The notes beneath the pieces are model-generated. The model did not search any database. It was not told the origin of the DNA and saw only the letters and a program-made list of their open reading frames with translations. This document shows positions 20,001-29,535 of a stretch of 64,000 nucleotides of DNA, in pieces. Source of the stretch: Planctomycetota bacterium (GTDB lineage: Bacteria; Planctomycetota; UBA1135; UBA2386); assembly GCA_965223545.1 (NCBI GenBank), contig OZ245006.1, positions 1,728,001 to 1,792,000 of the forward strand, read 5' to 3'. Position 1 is the first letter of the stretch. Each line of letters starts with the position of its first letter. The position numbers and the translations under genes were made by a program.

Positions 20001-20277
20001 TCGCGCCAAGCCCTGAAGGGCCGGGATACACATCGAAAGGGCGCACCACTCCTCCCGTGAGCTCGAAGAGCTCACCGCCAACGGCCGACTGTATCGCCGA
20101 GCAGAACACACGGTTTCCAGCCGACGCAAACCTCTGTGGGTTCCCCGACAGGTTTGGCCGCGGCGTCGTGTTGACGTCGATGACCGTTGCGATCCCCTGG
20201 GCGCGAGCTTCCGCTCCCCCACCCAGCAACACCAGAACAAGCGGCGCTACGCACCGCCGACTTCCCAGAATCCTCAT
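17098..20277 (-). CDS. Secreted ELWxxDGT-repeat protein with shared C-terminal domain
   Basis: Many GxELWxTDGTxxGT repeats; signal peptide ending ARAQ. Confidence 0.9.
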   Translation of the reverse strand: MRILGSRRCVAPLVLVLLGGGAEARAQGIATVIDVNTTPRPNLSGNPQRFASAGNRVFCSAIQSAVGGELFELTGGVVRPFDVYPGPSGLGATPIGSLAGEMVFSATDPLHGQLVGEPWITVGTSAVLLADINPGGSGSAPAPGVVVSGVLYFSAFDSVRGRELWRTDGTPQGTRQVVDLAPGSASSDPRKLATLNGDVYFFAGQSSALDLWRTDGTTSGTALVRAGIAPASSDLVAAGALLFFVGTDAATGDELWCTDGTPAGTRMVVDLNPGPVSSWPVAVQRFGNEVVFGATHPRFGTEVWRSDGSAAGTLLVVDAYPGLGSGFAGRFKRSLAVSGSSIAFTGVEPFGGYELWCSDGTPGGSRSLDLLPGVSSSWPEDVVAGPNGTFLFTAENGRIGREPWVTDGTPAGTRGVDVWSGPASSSPSRLTASAGSTPSLFAADDGVRGLEAWSFDGRSVALVADIESVPFGATQDSSPQMITEFGELALFSADDGVHGREIWVSDGTSTGTVLLADTQPRGSPGPSFMAVAQTQAFYFSQAVPGPPWNRLWRTDGSPAGTRPVPAPTGVDFEPQRFQPTAWRDLVLVVAHDPFATGSELWRSDGTASGTYVLADMTTGLADTLIAGVQPLRDRLLILTSSGAGRELWSTDGTGAGTRRVRSWQSQVPGVGWLGVIGGVALFSMDDAASGLELWRTDGTAVGTTQVADVNPLGSSSPRLLSTFGGRIVFSADDGSAGKELWITDATSGGTVRLADLEPGPVGSMPRVLGVGGSRMLIDAGSASSAEQLWVSDGTPVGTVPASSVFSGQRPVRGAVAGKLPGGVVLVESDSGGLWFWDGMRFALLHQPSSNQRWWPFEVLPVGARHAFVHMLVDGAMELWRTDGTALGTGLVLATQSAGGTTAPVNALVGGRLLVSARDPVLGRELTVIDPGATSQSTGVGCGSVLGTPPRMEGVTDPVLAGALVLDVAGRVSGAAGLLLVGVPGKPSLARSPACYSHLAAAPLVAWPAMSTANGFRAQLPVPNSPALLGVRIVAHAVSGVVGVPGSFAMSNPVRATLGR

Positions 20278-20339
20278 TCACCCATCATACTCACTCCGGA
20301 GAGCTGAACCGCTGGTTCCGCCGCGCGTTTGCGCCCGGA

Positions 20340-21248
20340 ATGCCTCTGTTCCCCACGCACCCAACGGTCCTGCCGCTCCTGCTGGTGGCGCCACTCACCG
20401 CGCAGCGCAACGCCCCGTCAGCGCTCGACGACCACTTGGTACGACAAGTGGTCGAGCGCGAACGCGTGTCACTGCCGCGCGCATCCACCGGCACGCCGAT
20501 CAACGCCGAGGGCGGCCCGCGCGGTCTGTTGGTCTGGCGCGACGGAGAGTTGCCGCGGGCGGTCGCGCTGCCCCGCGCCGAGCGGCCGCGCGCGGCCGAC
20601 GTGGCGCCGCCGACGCCGCCGGAGCTGGGTAGCGCCGTGGTCGAAGAGATCGAACTCGAAGCCGAAGCCGGGGCCGAGGCCGAGCCCGAAGACCCAGCCA
20701 CGCCAACCTCCGCGACCACCACAGCGGGGCTGGTCGCGATCGAGCTGCTCACCGCCGAGGACGGACCAGCCATCCGCATCGCCCGCAGCCCGCCACAATC
20801 CCTCGCCAACCGAGAGCACGCCATCGACGCGCTGCAGCTGGCACGCGGCGACCGAGAAGCCACCGCCCTCCTCACTCCAACTGCCGAAGCGCCGCTACAG
20901 GCCATCGTCGACGCCCTCGACGCGCTGCACGCGGCCGGCTTCTCCATGATCGCGTTTGGCGGGATCCACGGCGACCGCCTGACCGGCGTCGAGCAGCACG
21001 CGATCCAGTCGGCACCCGAAGCACTCGGCTTTCGCCGCGAGCCGCCGACCGCGCCGGGGATGCCGGGCATCATCGATGGCGAGATGTTGCTGCTGCTCGA
21101 CGCCGACCGGCCTTGGCAGCGCGTCGGCCGCATGTACGAGGCCCTGGCCTTGGCCGGCGTCTGGCGCATCGCTCTCGTCGTCGAAGACCGCGACGGCGCA
21201 CGCCGCCGGCTGCCGATCCCGATCCCAACGGATCCGGCCACCCGGTGA
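20340..21248 (+). CDS. Secreted protein with two ExbD/TolR-like C-terminal domains
   Basis: PTAEAPLQAIVDALDALHAAGFSMIAF and LDADRPWQRVGRMYEALALAGVWRIALV resemble the ExbD periplasmic motif. Confidence 0.55.
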   Translation: MPLFPTHPTVLPLLLVAPLTAQRNAPSALDDHLVRQVVERERVSLPRASTGTPINAEGGPRGLLVWRDGELPRAVALPRAERPRAADVAPPTPPELGSAVVEEIELEAEAGAEAEPEDPATPTSATTTAGLVAIELLTAEDGPAIRIARSPPQSLANREHAIDALQLARGDREATALLTPTAEAPLQAIVDALDALHAAGFSMIAFGGIHGDRLTGVEQHAIQSAPEALGFRREPPTAPGMPGIIDGEMLLLLDADRPWQRVGRMYEALALAGVWRIALVVEDRDGARRRLPIPIPTDPATR

Positions 21249-21358
21249 TCACGGGCTCCTGACTCGGAGCCCGAGCCTTGGAGGATGCGATCCGAATCGG
21301 CGCGGGCTCTCCGGTCCTCCCGCCGACCTGGTAACGTCTCGGCCCTCGCCACGCGCCG

Positions 21359-22858
21359 ATGCCCCACCTCCTGCTCGCCGCCATCCCATCCGCCCTCGCC
21401 CTCGCCTGGCACTCCTACCGCGCGCTGCGCGATGGCGCCGAGCCCTGGCGCGTGGGCCTCGCGGCCTGCGCAGGGCTGGGCCTCGCCTTTGGCATCGCCG
21501 CCGCGCGCGGCCGCCCCGGACCGGCTTGGCTGCAGGCCCTGGCATCGCTCGCGGTCGTGCTCGCGTCTTGGGCTGTCGCCCTCGAGTTCTTGGTGCGCCG
21601 CTCGCCCCCCCTGGCGCTCGGCCTGTTCGCCCTGCTGACCGGCGGCGTCCTGCACGGGACGATCCTCGTCGCGCTCGACCGCACCCGCGCCCGCGGCGCC
21701 GGCCGCCGCTGGCTTCTGCGCGCCGGCCTGTTCGCCACCGTGTTGCTCGGCTCGCTGACCGCGGTCGAAGCCCTGCTGCGCGCGCTGTTCCCGGTCGCGG
21801 TCTACGACATCGTCGCCGACGATCCGGGCGGCCCGCGCTCCCACCAGCGCAACGCCGCCGGGCAGTGGCGCGGCACGCCGGGGTTCCGCGGCGCGTACCA
21901 CCACCCGGAGTTTCCCGGCAGTCGCATCGAGCTCAACGACTGGGGCCTGCGCGACAGCGCCGACGAGGCCCGGCCGCCGGACCCCGATGCGCGTTCGGTG
22001 CTCGTCGTCGGTGACTCGTTCACTTTCGGCACCGGCGTCGCCCTCGAGGAGACCTACCAGGAGCTGCTCGAGCAGCGTGCTGCCGAGCTCGACGTGGCCG
22101 CACTGCGCGTCTACGGCGGTGGCATCCCCGGCTTCGGCACGCGGCAAGAGCGGCTGCTGGTCGAAGAGCTGGCGCCGCGCACGCGGCCAGACGTCGTCAT
22201 CGTCGGCGTGTTCGAGGGCAACGACTTCCAAGACAACTGGTCGGCAGTGCAGAAGTCGTCCGAACGCGCACCCGCGGTCGCGCGCCAGCGATCGCGCGCG
22301 GCGACCTCGCCGCTCGGAGCGTTCTGCAGCTCCCTCGGCCGCTACCGCTATTGGGCCGCGTCGTGCGCGACGGTGCAGCGCAACCGGCCCTGGCTCGACC
22401 CGTTGTTGGTTGGTCTCGGCGTCATCGACCCCGTCGTCAACACCACCCTGTTCCTCAACGGCGCGCTGCGCCGCGACCCGCCCGAGCTGGTGCTGAAGAT
22501 GCGCGACGCGCTGATCGAGGAGCTCGACCAGCTGCGCAGGTCGTGCACCGAGCTCGGCGCGCAGCTGCTGGTGCTGCTGATTCCCGATGCGCTGCAGACC
22601 GAGCCCGCGCGCTACGCCGACTTCGCCGCTGCCCACGAGGACCCCTCGGCCTGCGACCGCACCGCGTTCCACAACGGCTTTGTCGCCGCGCTCCAGCAGC
22701 GCGGCTTCACCGTGGTCGACACGCTGCCCACGTTCGAGGCCGAGGCCGTCGCCGGCCGCAGCTGCTTCCACCGCGAAGGCCACTGGAACGCGCACGGCCA
22801 CGCGCAGGCCGCGGCACTCCTGGTCGAACCGTTGCGCCGCGCCCTGGCGGCGCGATGA
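21359..22858 (+). CDS. Multi-TM SGNH/GDSL hydrolase (AlgX/AlgJ-like)
   Basis: N-terminal TM helices, LNDWGLRD, GDSFTFG, GND, EGHWNAHGH. Confidence 0.82.
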   Translation: MPHLLLAAIPSALALAWHSYRALRDGAEPWRVGLAACAGLGLAFGIAAARGRPGPAWLQALASLAVVLASWAVALEFLVRRSPPLALGLFALLTGGVLHGTILVALDRTRARGAGRRWLLRAGLFATVLLGSLTAVEALLRALFPVAVYDIVADDPGGPRSHQRNAAGQWRGTPGFRGAYHHPEFPGSRIELNDWGLRDSADEARPPDPDARSVLVVGDSFTFGTGVALEETYQELLEQRAAELDVAALRVYGGGIPGFGTRQERLLVEELAPRTRPDVVIVGVFEGNDFQDNWSAVQKSSERAPAVARQRSRAATSPLGAFCSSLGRYRYWAASCATVQRNRPWLDPLLVGLGVIDPVVNTTLFLNGALRRDPPELVLKMRDALIEELDQLRRSCTELGAQLLVLLIPDALQTEPARYADFAAAHEDPSACDRTAFHNGFVAALQQRGFTVVDTLPTFEAEAVAGRSCFHREGHWNAHGHAQAAALLVEPLRRALAAR

Positions 22859-22865
22859 TGGCGGC

Positions 22866-23264
22866 GTGCACCGCGTCCTGGTGACCACCGTCCTGCTGAC
22901 CCTACCAGCGTGCCTTCCCTCGACCGCGGGCTATCTCAGCGTCCCGCTGCGCAGCGAAGACGGCGCCGACCACGCCGGCGTGCGCGTCCGCGTACCATTC
23001 GCCGAGATCGCAGCGCGCCTCGACAATTTCACCCCGGCTTCGGTCGCGTTCTACCAGACCGGCCGCGCACCACTCCCCCATCGACTCATCGATACCGATG
23101 GCGACGGCGTCGCCGACGCCGCGGAGGTGGAGGTCACGGCACGCGGGGACGGCGGCAGCGTGCTGACGATCGTGTGTCCCGGTCCGCGCGCGGACGACCC
23201 GTTGCCGGCCGGCGCCGATCCCACCCCCGCGGTGTCCGCCGATTTCGAGCAAGCGCGGCGCTAG
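22866..23264 (+). CDS. Hypothetical lipoprotein
   Basis: VLVTTVLLTLPAC lipobox-like segment; DTDGDGVAD Ca-binding-like loop. Confidence 0.5.
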   Translation: MHRVLVTTVLLTLPACLPSTAGYLSVPLRSEDGADHAGVRVRVPFAEIAARLDNFTPASVAFYQTGRAPLPHRLIDTDGDGVADAAEVEVTARGDGGSVLTIVCPGPRADDPLPAGADPTPAVSADFEQARR

Positions 23265-23270
23265 TCACCA

Positions 23271-23870
23271 CTACGGCTCGCCGAGCAGCATCGGTGCGCG
23301 CACGGCCGCGGCGACATCGGTGCCGCGCAGCCGCGCCACGAGTGCGAGGGCAAACTCGAAGGCGGTCCCCGGACCGCGGCTGGTGATCAGGGGGCCGTCC
23401 TCGACCACGCGCGCCGCGTCGTCATAGGCGCCGTGGCCTGCGACTTCCGCGCGGACGGACGGGTGCGACGTCAACGCGCGGCCGGCACCGACGCCGTGCA
23501 CCACGAGCGCGCGCGCCGCCGCGCAAATCGCCGCGATGTCGCGCCCCGCGCCCTCGTGCGCGGCAAGGACCGCCCCCACCGCCCCGGAGGCGCACAGCCG
23601 GTCGGTGCCGCCGACACCGCCGGGCAGCACCACCACGTCGAACGCGCCATCCGCCGCACCGTCCACCGCGCTCAACGCGGCGTCCGGCAGCAACCGGACG
23701 CCGCGGCTGCAAGTGACGGCGCCGGCCCCGTCGACCCCGGCGAGCACGACGTCGACCTCCGCCCGCCGCAGCACGTCGACCGCGATGGTGACCTCCATCT
23801 CTTCGGCACCATCGGCGAGGAGGACCAGGGCGCGCGGCGCCGCCGCGCGTGCTACCGAATCTGAGCTCAT
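23271..23870 (-). CDS. DJ-1/PfpI (YajL-like) family protein
   Basis: GAEEME, DVVVLPGG, AAICAA (catalytic Cys), ITSRGPGTAFEFAL. Confidence 0.93.
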   Translation of the reverse strand: MSSDSVARAAAPRALVLLADGAEEMEVTIAVDVLRRAEVDVVLAGVDGAGAVTCSRGVRLLPDAALSAVDGAADGAFDVVVLPGGVGGTDRLCASGAVGAVLAAHEGAGRDIAAICAAARALVVHGVGAGRALTSHPSVRAEVAGHGAYDDAARVVEDGPLITSRGPGTAFEFALALVARLRGTDVAAAVRAPMLLGEP

Positions 23871-23952
23871 GAGCGGACGCGCGATCCAGGTTCGCGCTTG
23901 AGTTGGGTCGCGTCAGTCGCCGAGCGACTATACTGCGCACCGACTACAGGTC

Positions 23953-24156
23953 ATGCTCGCCCGCCTTCTCTCCTACCTCGCCTTCGCCGTGCTGATGACC
24001 CTCAGCATCGCGGGCTCCGCCATCATCGTAGTGTTCTTGTACATCCCGATGGTCGTCCTGAAGGCGGTCGTTCAGGCGGCGACCGGCAAGGCGAAGTCGA
24101 CCTCCGACGCCAGCGCCGGCAGCCGATCCTCGGGGCCGGCCAACGCGGCCAGCTGA
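23953..24156 (+). CDS. Small membrane protein
   Basis: 67-aa hydrophobic ORF with TATACT -10-like hexamer upstream. Confidence 0.5.
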   Translation: MLARLLSYLAFAVLMTLSIAGSAIIVVFLYIPMVVLKAVVQAATGKAKSTSDASAGSRSSGPANAAS

Positions 24157-24210
24157 CGCGCCCCACGCCTCGATTTGCATCGGGGCGCACGGCCGAATAG
24201 GACTGGCTCC

Positions 24211-24930
24211 GTGTCCCTGTCGGCTCCCACGATCATCGGACTCGTCGTACTCGTTGTGGCGGTCATCGGCGTCGCCGCGTACCTGTCGCACCTCGCCGAG
24301 AAGAAGCGCCGCGAGGGACTCGCCGCGGTCGCCCGCGGCCTCGGCCTGCGGTTCTCGGCCGATCGCCGTCGCAACCACGCCCGACGATTTGACCACTTCG
24401 AGATCTTCACGCGCGGTAAGGACCGCTACGCCCACAACACCCTCGAGGGTGAGCTCGAGCTGGGACCGTGGTCGTGCGCGGTGCGCGCGGGTGATTACCA
24501 CTACATCACCGAGAGCACCGACAGTGACGGACGCACGTCGACCACGACGCACCGCTTCAGCTACTTCTTGGTGCATCTTCCGTTCGACGACACACCGACG
24601 CTGACGATTCGCCGCGAGGGGGTCTTCGACAAGCTGGCCGCCTCGTTCGGCTTCGACGACATCGACTTCGAGTCGGCGGAATTCAGCCGCAAGTTCCACG
24701 TCAAGAGCTCGGACAAGCGCTTCGCCTACGACGTCATCCACCCGCGGATGATGGAGTTGTTGCTCAAGGCCAACCCACCGCGGTTGGAGATCGCGCACGC
24801 GCAGTGCTGCACCGGCGACGGCAAGAAGCGCTGGGAACCAGCCCACTTCCAGTACCAGGCGCGCCTGCTCAACCGCATCTGCGAGCTGTGGCCAGAGCAC
24901 GTCGCGCGCGACCTCGAGGACCGCGGATGA
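24211..24930 (+). CDS. Membrane-anchored protein typically paired with LemA
   Basis: N-terminal TM, DIDFESAEFSRKFHVKSSDKRFAYDVIHPRMMELLL; ATGA overlap with lemA. Confidence 0.75.
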   Translation: MSLSAPTIIGLVVLVVAVIGVAAYLSHLAEKKRREGLAAVARGLGLRFSADRRRNHARRFDHFEIFTRGKDRYAHNTLEGELELGPWSCAVRAGDYHYITESTDSDGRTSTTTHRFSYFLVHLPFDDTPTLTIRREGVFDKLAASFGFDDIDFESAEFSRKFHVKSSDKRFAYDVIHPRMMELLLKANPPRLEIAHAQCCTGDGKKRWEPAHFQYQARLLNRICELWPEHVARDLEDRG

Positions 24931-25493
24931 CCGAACCGATCGTCTTCGTCCCACTCGGCATCGGCGCGATTCTGCTGGTGTGGGTCATCGTCAACTACAA
25001 CCGGTTTGCCAGATTGCGGCAGTACGTCAAGGAGAGCTGGTCCGACATCGACGTCGAGCTCAAGCGCCGCTACGAGCTGATCCCGAACCTGGTCGAGACG
25101 GTGAAGGGTTATGCGAAGCATGAGCGCGAGACGCTCGAGCGCGTCGTCGCGTTGCGCAACACGGCAGTGGCCAGCCGCGGCTCCGCCGCGGCCCAAGCCA
25201 CCGACGAGAGCGCCCTCATGCTCGGCGTCAAGCAGCTGTTCGCCGTCGCCGAAGGCTACCCGGAGCTGAAGAGCGACACCCAGTTCTTGGCGCTGCAGAA
25301 GGAGCTCGGCATCACCGAGGACCGCATCGCCGCCGCCCGCCGCTTCTTCAACGCCAACGTGCGCGAGCTCAAGACGCTGCGCGAGATGTTCCCCACCTCG
25401 ATCCTCGCCGCGATGTTCGGCATCCAAGACCCGAGCTACTTCGAGCTCGAGTCGGCCGCCGAGCGCGTCGTGCCGCGGGTTGCGCTGGAGTGA
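24927..25493 (+). CDS. lemA: LemA family protein
   Basis: ESWSDIDVELKRRYELIPNLVETVKGYAKHE, EGYPELKS, TEDRIAAARRFFN. Confidence 0.95.
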   Translation: MTEPIVFVPLGIGAILLVWVIVNYNRFARLRQYVKESWSDIDVELKRRYELIPNLVETVKGYAKHERETLERVVALRNTAVASRGSAAAQATDESALMLGVKQLFAVAEGYPELKSDTQFLALQKELGITEDRIAAARRFFNANVRELKTLREMFPTSILAAMFGIQDPSYFELESAAERVVPRVALE

Positions 25494-25579
25494 TGCGGGG
25501 AGGGGGACTCGAACCCCCACTCAGGTTGCCCTGAAGCGGATTTTAAGTCCGCTGCGTCTGCCGATTTCGCCATCCCCGC
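25494..25579 (-). tRNA. tRNA-Leu (TAA), CCA not encoded
   Basis: Acceptor stem GCGGGGA/TCCCCGC + A73, anticodon arm GCGGA-CTTAAAA-TCCGC, long variable arm, GGTTCGAGT. 3' end abuts the lemA stop. Confidence 0.96.
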
Positions 25580-25619
25580 GGGCATGACGCACGACTGCGT
25601 GGTCGCGCGGATGATAGTC

Positions 25620-26412
25620 GGGTGCGGCGCGTGGAGCGACGGCGAACGGCACCGGTCGGCAGACCGCGCAGCTCCACCCGCGCACCGACGACCGGGGCTC
25701 CGTGACCGTCGACCACCCGCCCGCGCAGCCGGTATCCAACGGAAAGCGCGATGTCCCCGAGGTTGGTAGCGGTCCCGGCTTCCACGACCAGTTCCCCGAA
25801 GCCCGACCTCACTCCGCGCGGACACCGCCCAGCCGACGCGACGAACAACGACCACGCCACCAACGAATCCCGTATTGGGCGGAGTCGCACCGCGAAGCGA
25901 CCATCGGCTCCGGTGACCGTGTCGGGCTTGCGATACCAAGCGCTCGGACGGTCCCGAAGGGCGGCGACACGCCCCCGCGGCGCGAACAACAGGTCGTCCG
26001 CGCGGTTGCCGCCACCCAGCGTGGACAGGAAGACCGAACCGTGCGCACTGCCGGGAAAGCGCAACGAGTGGGTCACGACAACGGCGAAGACCTCGACTCC
26101 GGCCAACGGCCGTCCGGTCTCCGCAGCGACAACACGCCCGGCAACGGTCGCCTTCCCGTCAGTGAGTGCACGATCTTCGATGCGCAAGCCGCTGGCAGCC
26201 ACGACCTCGCGCGGGGGCGTGAGCCCACCGGCCTCCTTCCCCTCCACGGGGACTGAGACCTTGGCCGCAACGGGCCGCATGCCTCCGGCAACCCATCTTC
26301 GATCCCCCGCGGGACCCACGGGGCTCCCCTCGCGCGGCCAGGCGATGTACGCCGCCACAACAAGAAACGACACCAGGGTCGACAGGGCCAACTGAGTGCC
26401 GTGTCGCGGCAT
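25620..26412 (-). pseudogene. Apparently truncated carboxypeptidase-regulatory-like (Ig-like) domain membrane protein
   Basis: TM, VAGRVVAAETGRPLAGVEV, TGADGRF; a second repeat LRGRVVDGHGAPVVGARV breaks off and the frame runs into the tRNA-Leu gene. Confidence 0.55.
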
Positions 26413-26595
26413 AGGAAGACGATTGTCGAGGGCGGCGCGGGGGTTCCTCGACGATACCGGCAGCCGGCCTCGCGCCGCGCGTCGCAAAAAAAGCGCCCGG
26501 CGAGCAGATTTCGTGTCGGACCGGCAGCGCCGTGTCACTTCGCACGCATCCCCAGGCCCAACCAGCGGCCGCGTCCCTTCGCAGCGCAGCTTCCC

Positions 26596-28905
26596 ATGCA
26601 GCAATCCCCGCTTGGCAGACTCCGGTCGATCTGCTCCCTCGGCATCGCGATCCCCCTCGTGTCGCCTTTTGTCGCCGGCCAGCTCTCCATCGAGATCAGT
26701 CCCGACATCGGCCGCATCCCGATCCACACGTCGAACCCCGACCCGCTGTTCGGCCCCTACGGGACGTGGGCCGCCGGCAACGGTTACAAGGTGAGCTTCG
26801 ACGGGGGCATGCGGTTCATCCCGATGCTGGGGCCGGACTACCCCGAGCTGCAGAGCTGGAGCTGGCACACGACCTCGGTGCGCGCCGGCGAAACCGAGCT
26901 GCTGCGTCCCGGCGAACGGCCACTCACGAGGCGCTCGGACTACCGATTCGAGTACCGCTACACCGCGGTCGTCGAGGCCTACGATGTGCTCGACGATGGT
27001 GTCGAGCAGACCTTTGTGCTCGACACCAGGCCACCGTGTGCCGGAGATCTGGTCATCACTGGGCAGATCGACACCGGTCTCGAAGCACCGGCGCATCCCG
27101 CCGACCACCAGCGCTTGGTGTTCGCCGACGGGCAAGGGCTGGGCATCGTCAGCTATGGACGCGCGACCACCATCGACGCGGCCGGTCGTCACCACGCGAT
27201 CGACACCGAGTACACCGATGGGCAGGTCCGCCTGGTTGTTCCGGCCAACGTGCTGGAGGACGCGCACTATCCGCTCGTCGTCGACCCGCTGATCCGCCGC
27301 GCCGACATCAGCATGCCAACGCTGGATGGGAAGGTCGCCGTCGGCTACGACCGGCCGAACCAACAGCTGCTCATCGCGTTCTCGCTCTGGTCCTTCGCCG
27401 GGGACTCGGATCTCCACGCACAGGTCTATCCAGAAGACTTCAGTGGCCCGCCGGCAAACGTGTTCAACGATATCGAGGTCGGCTGGTCGTCCCGTGAGCC
27501 GGCGATCGCCAGCTCGCTCAACCCACGCATGCAGACGATCGCGTACACCCGAGGTGTTCCGCAGGGCGTTGGAGGGCAGACCAACACGTCGACTCGGTAC
27601 CATGTGCGCAATGGCGGCACGATCTTCGGCTCCACCGTCTACACGATCCCGACCCCCGCCGGGTGGGACGATCGCCGGCCGGATGTCGGAGGGACCCTCC
27701 GCACGACAAACGGCACCGCCGCCATGATCGTGATGGAACGCACGACGTCCTCCGCTTCGAGTCCTACGGCACGCTCCGAAATCATCGCGGTTCCCATCGA
27801 CCTCTCCGGCCCCACCCCGATCCAGAAGCCCGCGGTCCGCATCCAACCGACGACTTCCAGCCCGAGCGCCAATCCGGTCCTGAGCAGGCCGTCGATCAAC
27901 AAGGTCGGCGGCAGTCCTCAGAGCAACGACTGGGTCGTCGCCTTCTGCGAGATCGACGCCACCAGCAGCCAGCCCGTGTGGCGGGTCGCCGCCCGCCAAA
28001 TCTCTGCCGATGGCAAGCAGAGCGCCGCGGCGTGGACCTCGTCCGCAGGCGGCGTGGTTCACGCCATGGCCCCGAAGATCGCGGGTGATCGTCGCTCGAC
28101 CCACTACGGGATCGCCTTCGTCCAATCACCGGTGTTGTCGGGGTTCACTCCGTACCCCAACACCGGGCACGACGTCCTGTTCGAGCGGATCGACTGGCCT
28201 TCGGGCGGCAGCGCCAAGCGGATGTCCACCGCCACGCTCCACCTCGGCAGCTTCCCATCGACTCGGGTCGGTGATTGCAGTTTCGACAGCTTCAGCCGCT
28301 CTCACTGGGCGATCTCGCTACAGGATCCGGAGGTGTTCCTGCGCGTTGGGTATCGAGGCGGTGTTCTGGAGCGCTTTCCGATCACGGTTCCCGGCGGCGA
28401 CCCGCACACCGGCGGAATCGACGCCCTCGACGACGGCGGCTACGTTGCCCTCTACAACGGCCGCACCTCGATCACGGCGATCACGCACGGCGTCAACGCG
28501 CCTCCACGCGCATCGGCGACGGGCCCGAGCTGTAGCCCGGCTTCCATCGAGTGGACGACCCAATGGCGACAGCAGCTCCTCCCCCAACACGCCCAGCAGA
28601 TCGGGCACGGCTACACCGAGGTGCGGGTCGCTGGAGCTCCCATCGGCGCCCTGCACTACCTCTTGGTCAGCCTGACGAGCGTCCAGGTCCCCCTGGTCGG
28701 GCCCGGCGTTGCACCGGGTTGCTGGCAACTCGTGCCGTTCCAGTTCCTCTGGAGCGGCCCTCGGTCCGGACCGGAAGCGGTATGGCCGTTCCCCCTCCCC
28801 GAGTTCCTGCCTCCGATCACGCTCCAATTCCAAGACGTGCATCTCGACATCACCACGGGCCTCGCGCAGACGACCAGTCGCTTGACCGTCGACGTCACGA
28901 GGTAG
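26596..28905 (+). CDS. Large secreted protein with shared C-terminal domain
   Basis: Signal peptide ending VAGQ, GVEQTFVL...YPLVVDPLI N-terminal domain typical of secreted proteins. Confidence 0.8.
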   Translation: MQQSPLGRLRSICSLGIAIPLVSPFVAGQLSIEISPDIGRIPIHTSNPDPLFGPYGTWAAGNGYKVSFDGGMRFIPMLGPDYPELQSWSWHTTSVRAGETELLRPGERPLTRRSDYRFEYRYTAVVEAYDVLDDGVEQTFVLDTRPPCAGDLVITGQIDTGLEAPAHPADHQRLVFADGQGLGIVSYGRATTIDAAGRHHAIDTEYTDGQVRLVVPANVLEDAHYPLVVDPLIRRADISMPTLDGKVAVGYDRPNQQLLIAFSLWSFAGDSDLHAQVYPEDFSGPPANVFNDIEVGWSSREPAIASSLNPRMQTIAYTRGVPQGVGGQTNTSTRYHVRNGGTIFGSTVYTIPTPAGWDDRRPDVGGTLRTTNGTAAMIVMERTTSSASSPTARSEIIAVPIDLSGPTPIQKPAVRIQPTTSSPSANPVLSRPSINKVGGSPQSNDWVVAFCEIDATSSQPVWRVAARQISADGKQSAAAWTSSAGGVVHAMAPKIAGDRRSTHYGIAFVQSPVLSGFTPYPNTGHDVLFERIDWPSGGSAKRMSTATLHLGSFPSTRVGDCSFDSFSRSHWAISLQDPEVFLRVGYRGGVLERFPITVPGGDPHTGGIDALDDGGYVALYNGRTSITAITHGVNAPPRASATGPSCSPASIEWTTQWRQQLLPQHAQQIGHGYTEVRVAGAPIGALHYLLVSLTSVQVPLVGPGVAPGCWQLVPFQFLWSGPRSGPEAVWPFPLPEFLPPITLQFQDVHLDITTGLAQTTSRLTVDVTR

Positions 28906-28908
28906 GCC

Positions 28909-29514
28909 GTGGCCGGTGACGACCTGAGTGCGTCGGGCGAGCTCAGCGACGAGTTGATGCGCTCGGCGACTTCCGGGTGTCAGGCAGACGTCGACGCGCT
29001 GATCGCCCTATCCGCTCCGCGGGTCCTGGCGTATGTCCGGCTGCACATGGGGCCAGGACTGCGGGCCCGAGAAACCTCGCAGGACATCGTCCAGTCCGCG
29101 TGTCGCGAGGCGCTCGAAGATGCCCGAGAAGGATTCGAGTACCGCGGGCGCGCGGCGTTCCTGAGCTGGTTGTTCTCGACCGCGCTCAACAAGGTCCGCG
29201 AGCGACACCGGTATCACCATCGCGAGCGGCGCACGCCGGCGCGAGAGCTGCGGGAGGAGGGGGTCGCCGAGCTCCACACCCTCTTGACGCCGAGCCGTTG
29301 CGCGATGGCGCGCGAGAACGCCGCGATGATCGAGGACGCGTTCCACAGCCTGACCGACGACGACCGCGACGTGATCCTCTTCTCGCGCGTCATCGGCATG
29401 TCGTGCGCTGAGATCGCGGAGCAGATGGACTGCTCACCGGCAGCGGCGCAGGCGCGGTTGGGCCGAGCGATGGCGCGCCTGTCGCGCGCCTACGAACGCC
29501 GCTCCAAGAACTGA
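28909..29514 (+). CDS. ECF sigma factor (kinase-associated type)
   Basis: LRARETSQDIVQS, AFLSWL, sigma4 SLTDDDRDVIL...EIAEQM. Confidence 0.9.
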   Translation: MAGDDLSASGELSDELMRSATSGCQADVDALIALSAPRVLAYVRLHMGPGLRARETSQDIVQSACREALEDAREGFEYRGRAAFLSWLFSTALNKVRERHRYHHRERRTPARELREEGVAELHTLLTPSRCAMARENAAMIEDAFHSLTDDDRDVILFSRVIGMSCAEIAEQMDCSPAAAQARLGRAMARLSRAYERRSKN

Positions 29515-29535
29515 AGCGGCAGGCTTCGCGAAACG

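Noticed and set aside
25543..28125. 860-aa minus-strand ORF, and similar long antisense ORFs (4858-6891, 20291-22888, 42053-44647, 57463-59007)
   Set aside because: Shadow ORFs expected opposite real genes in high-GC DNA. Only the part from 26412 downward looks coding.
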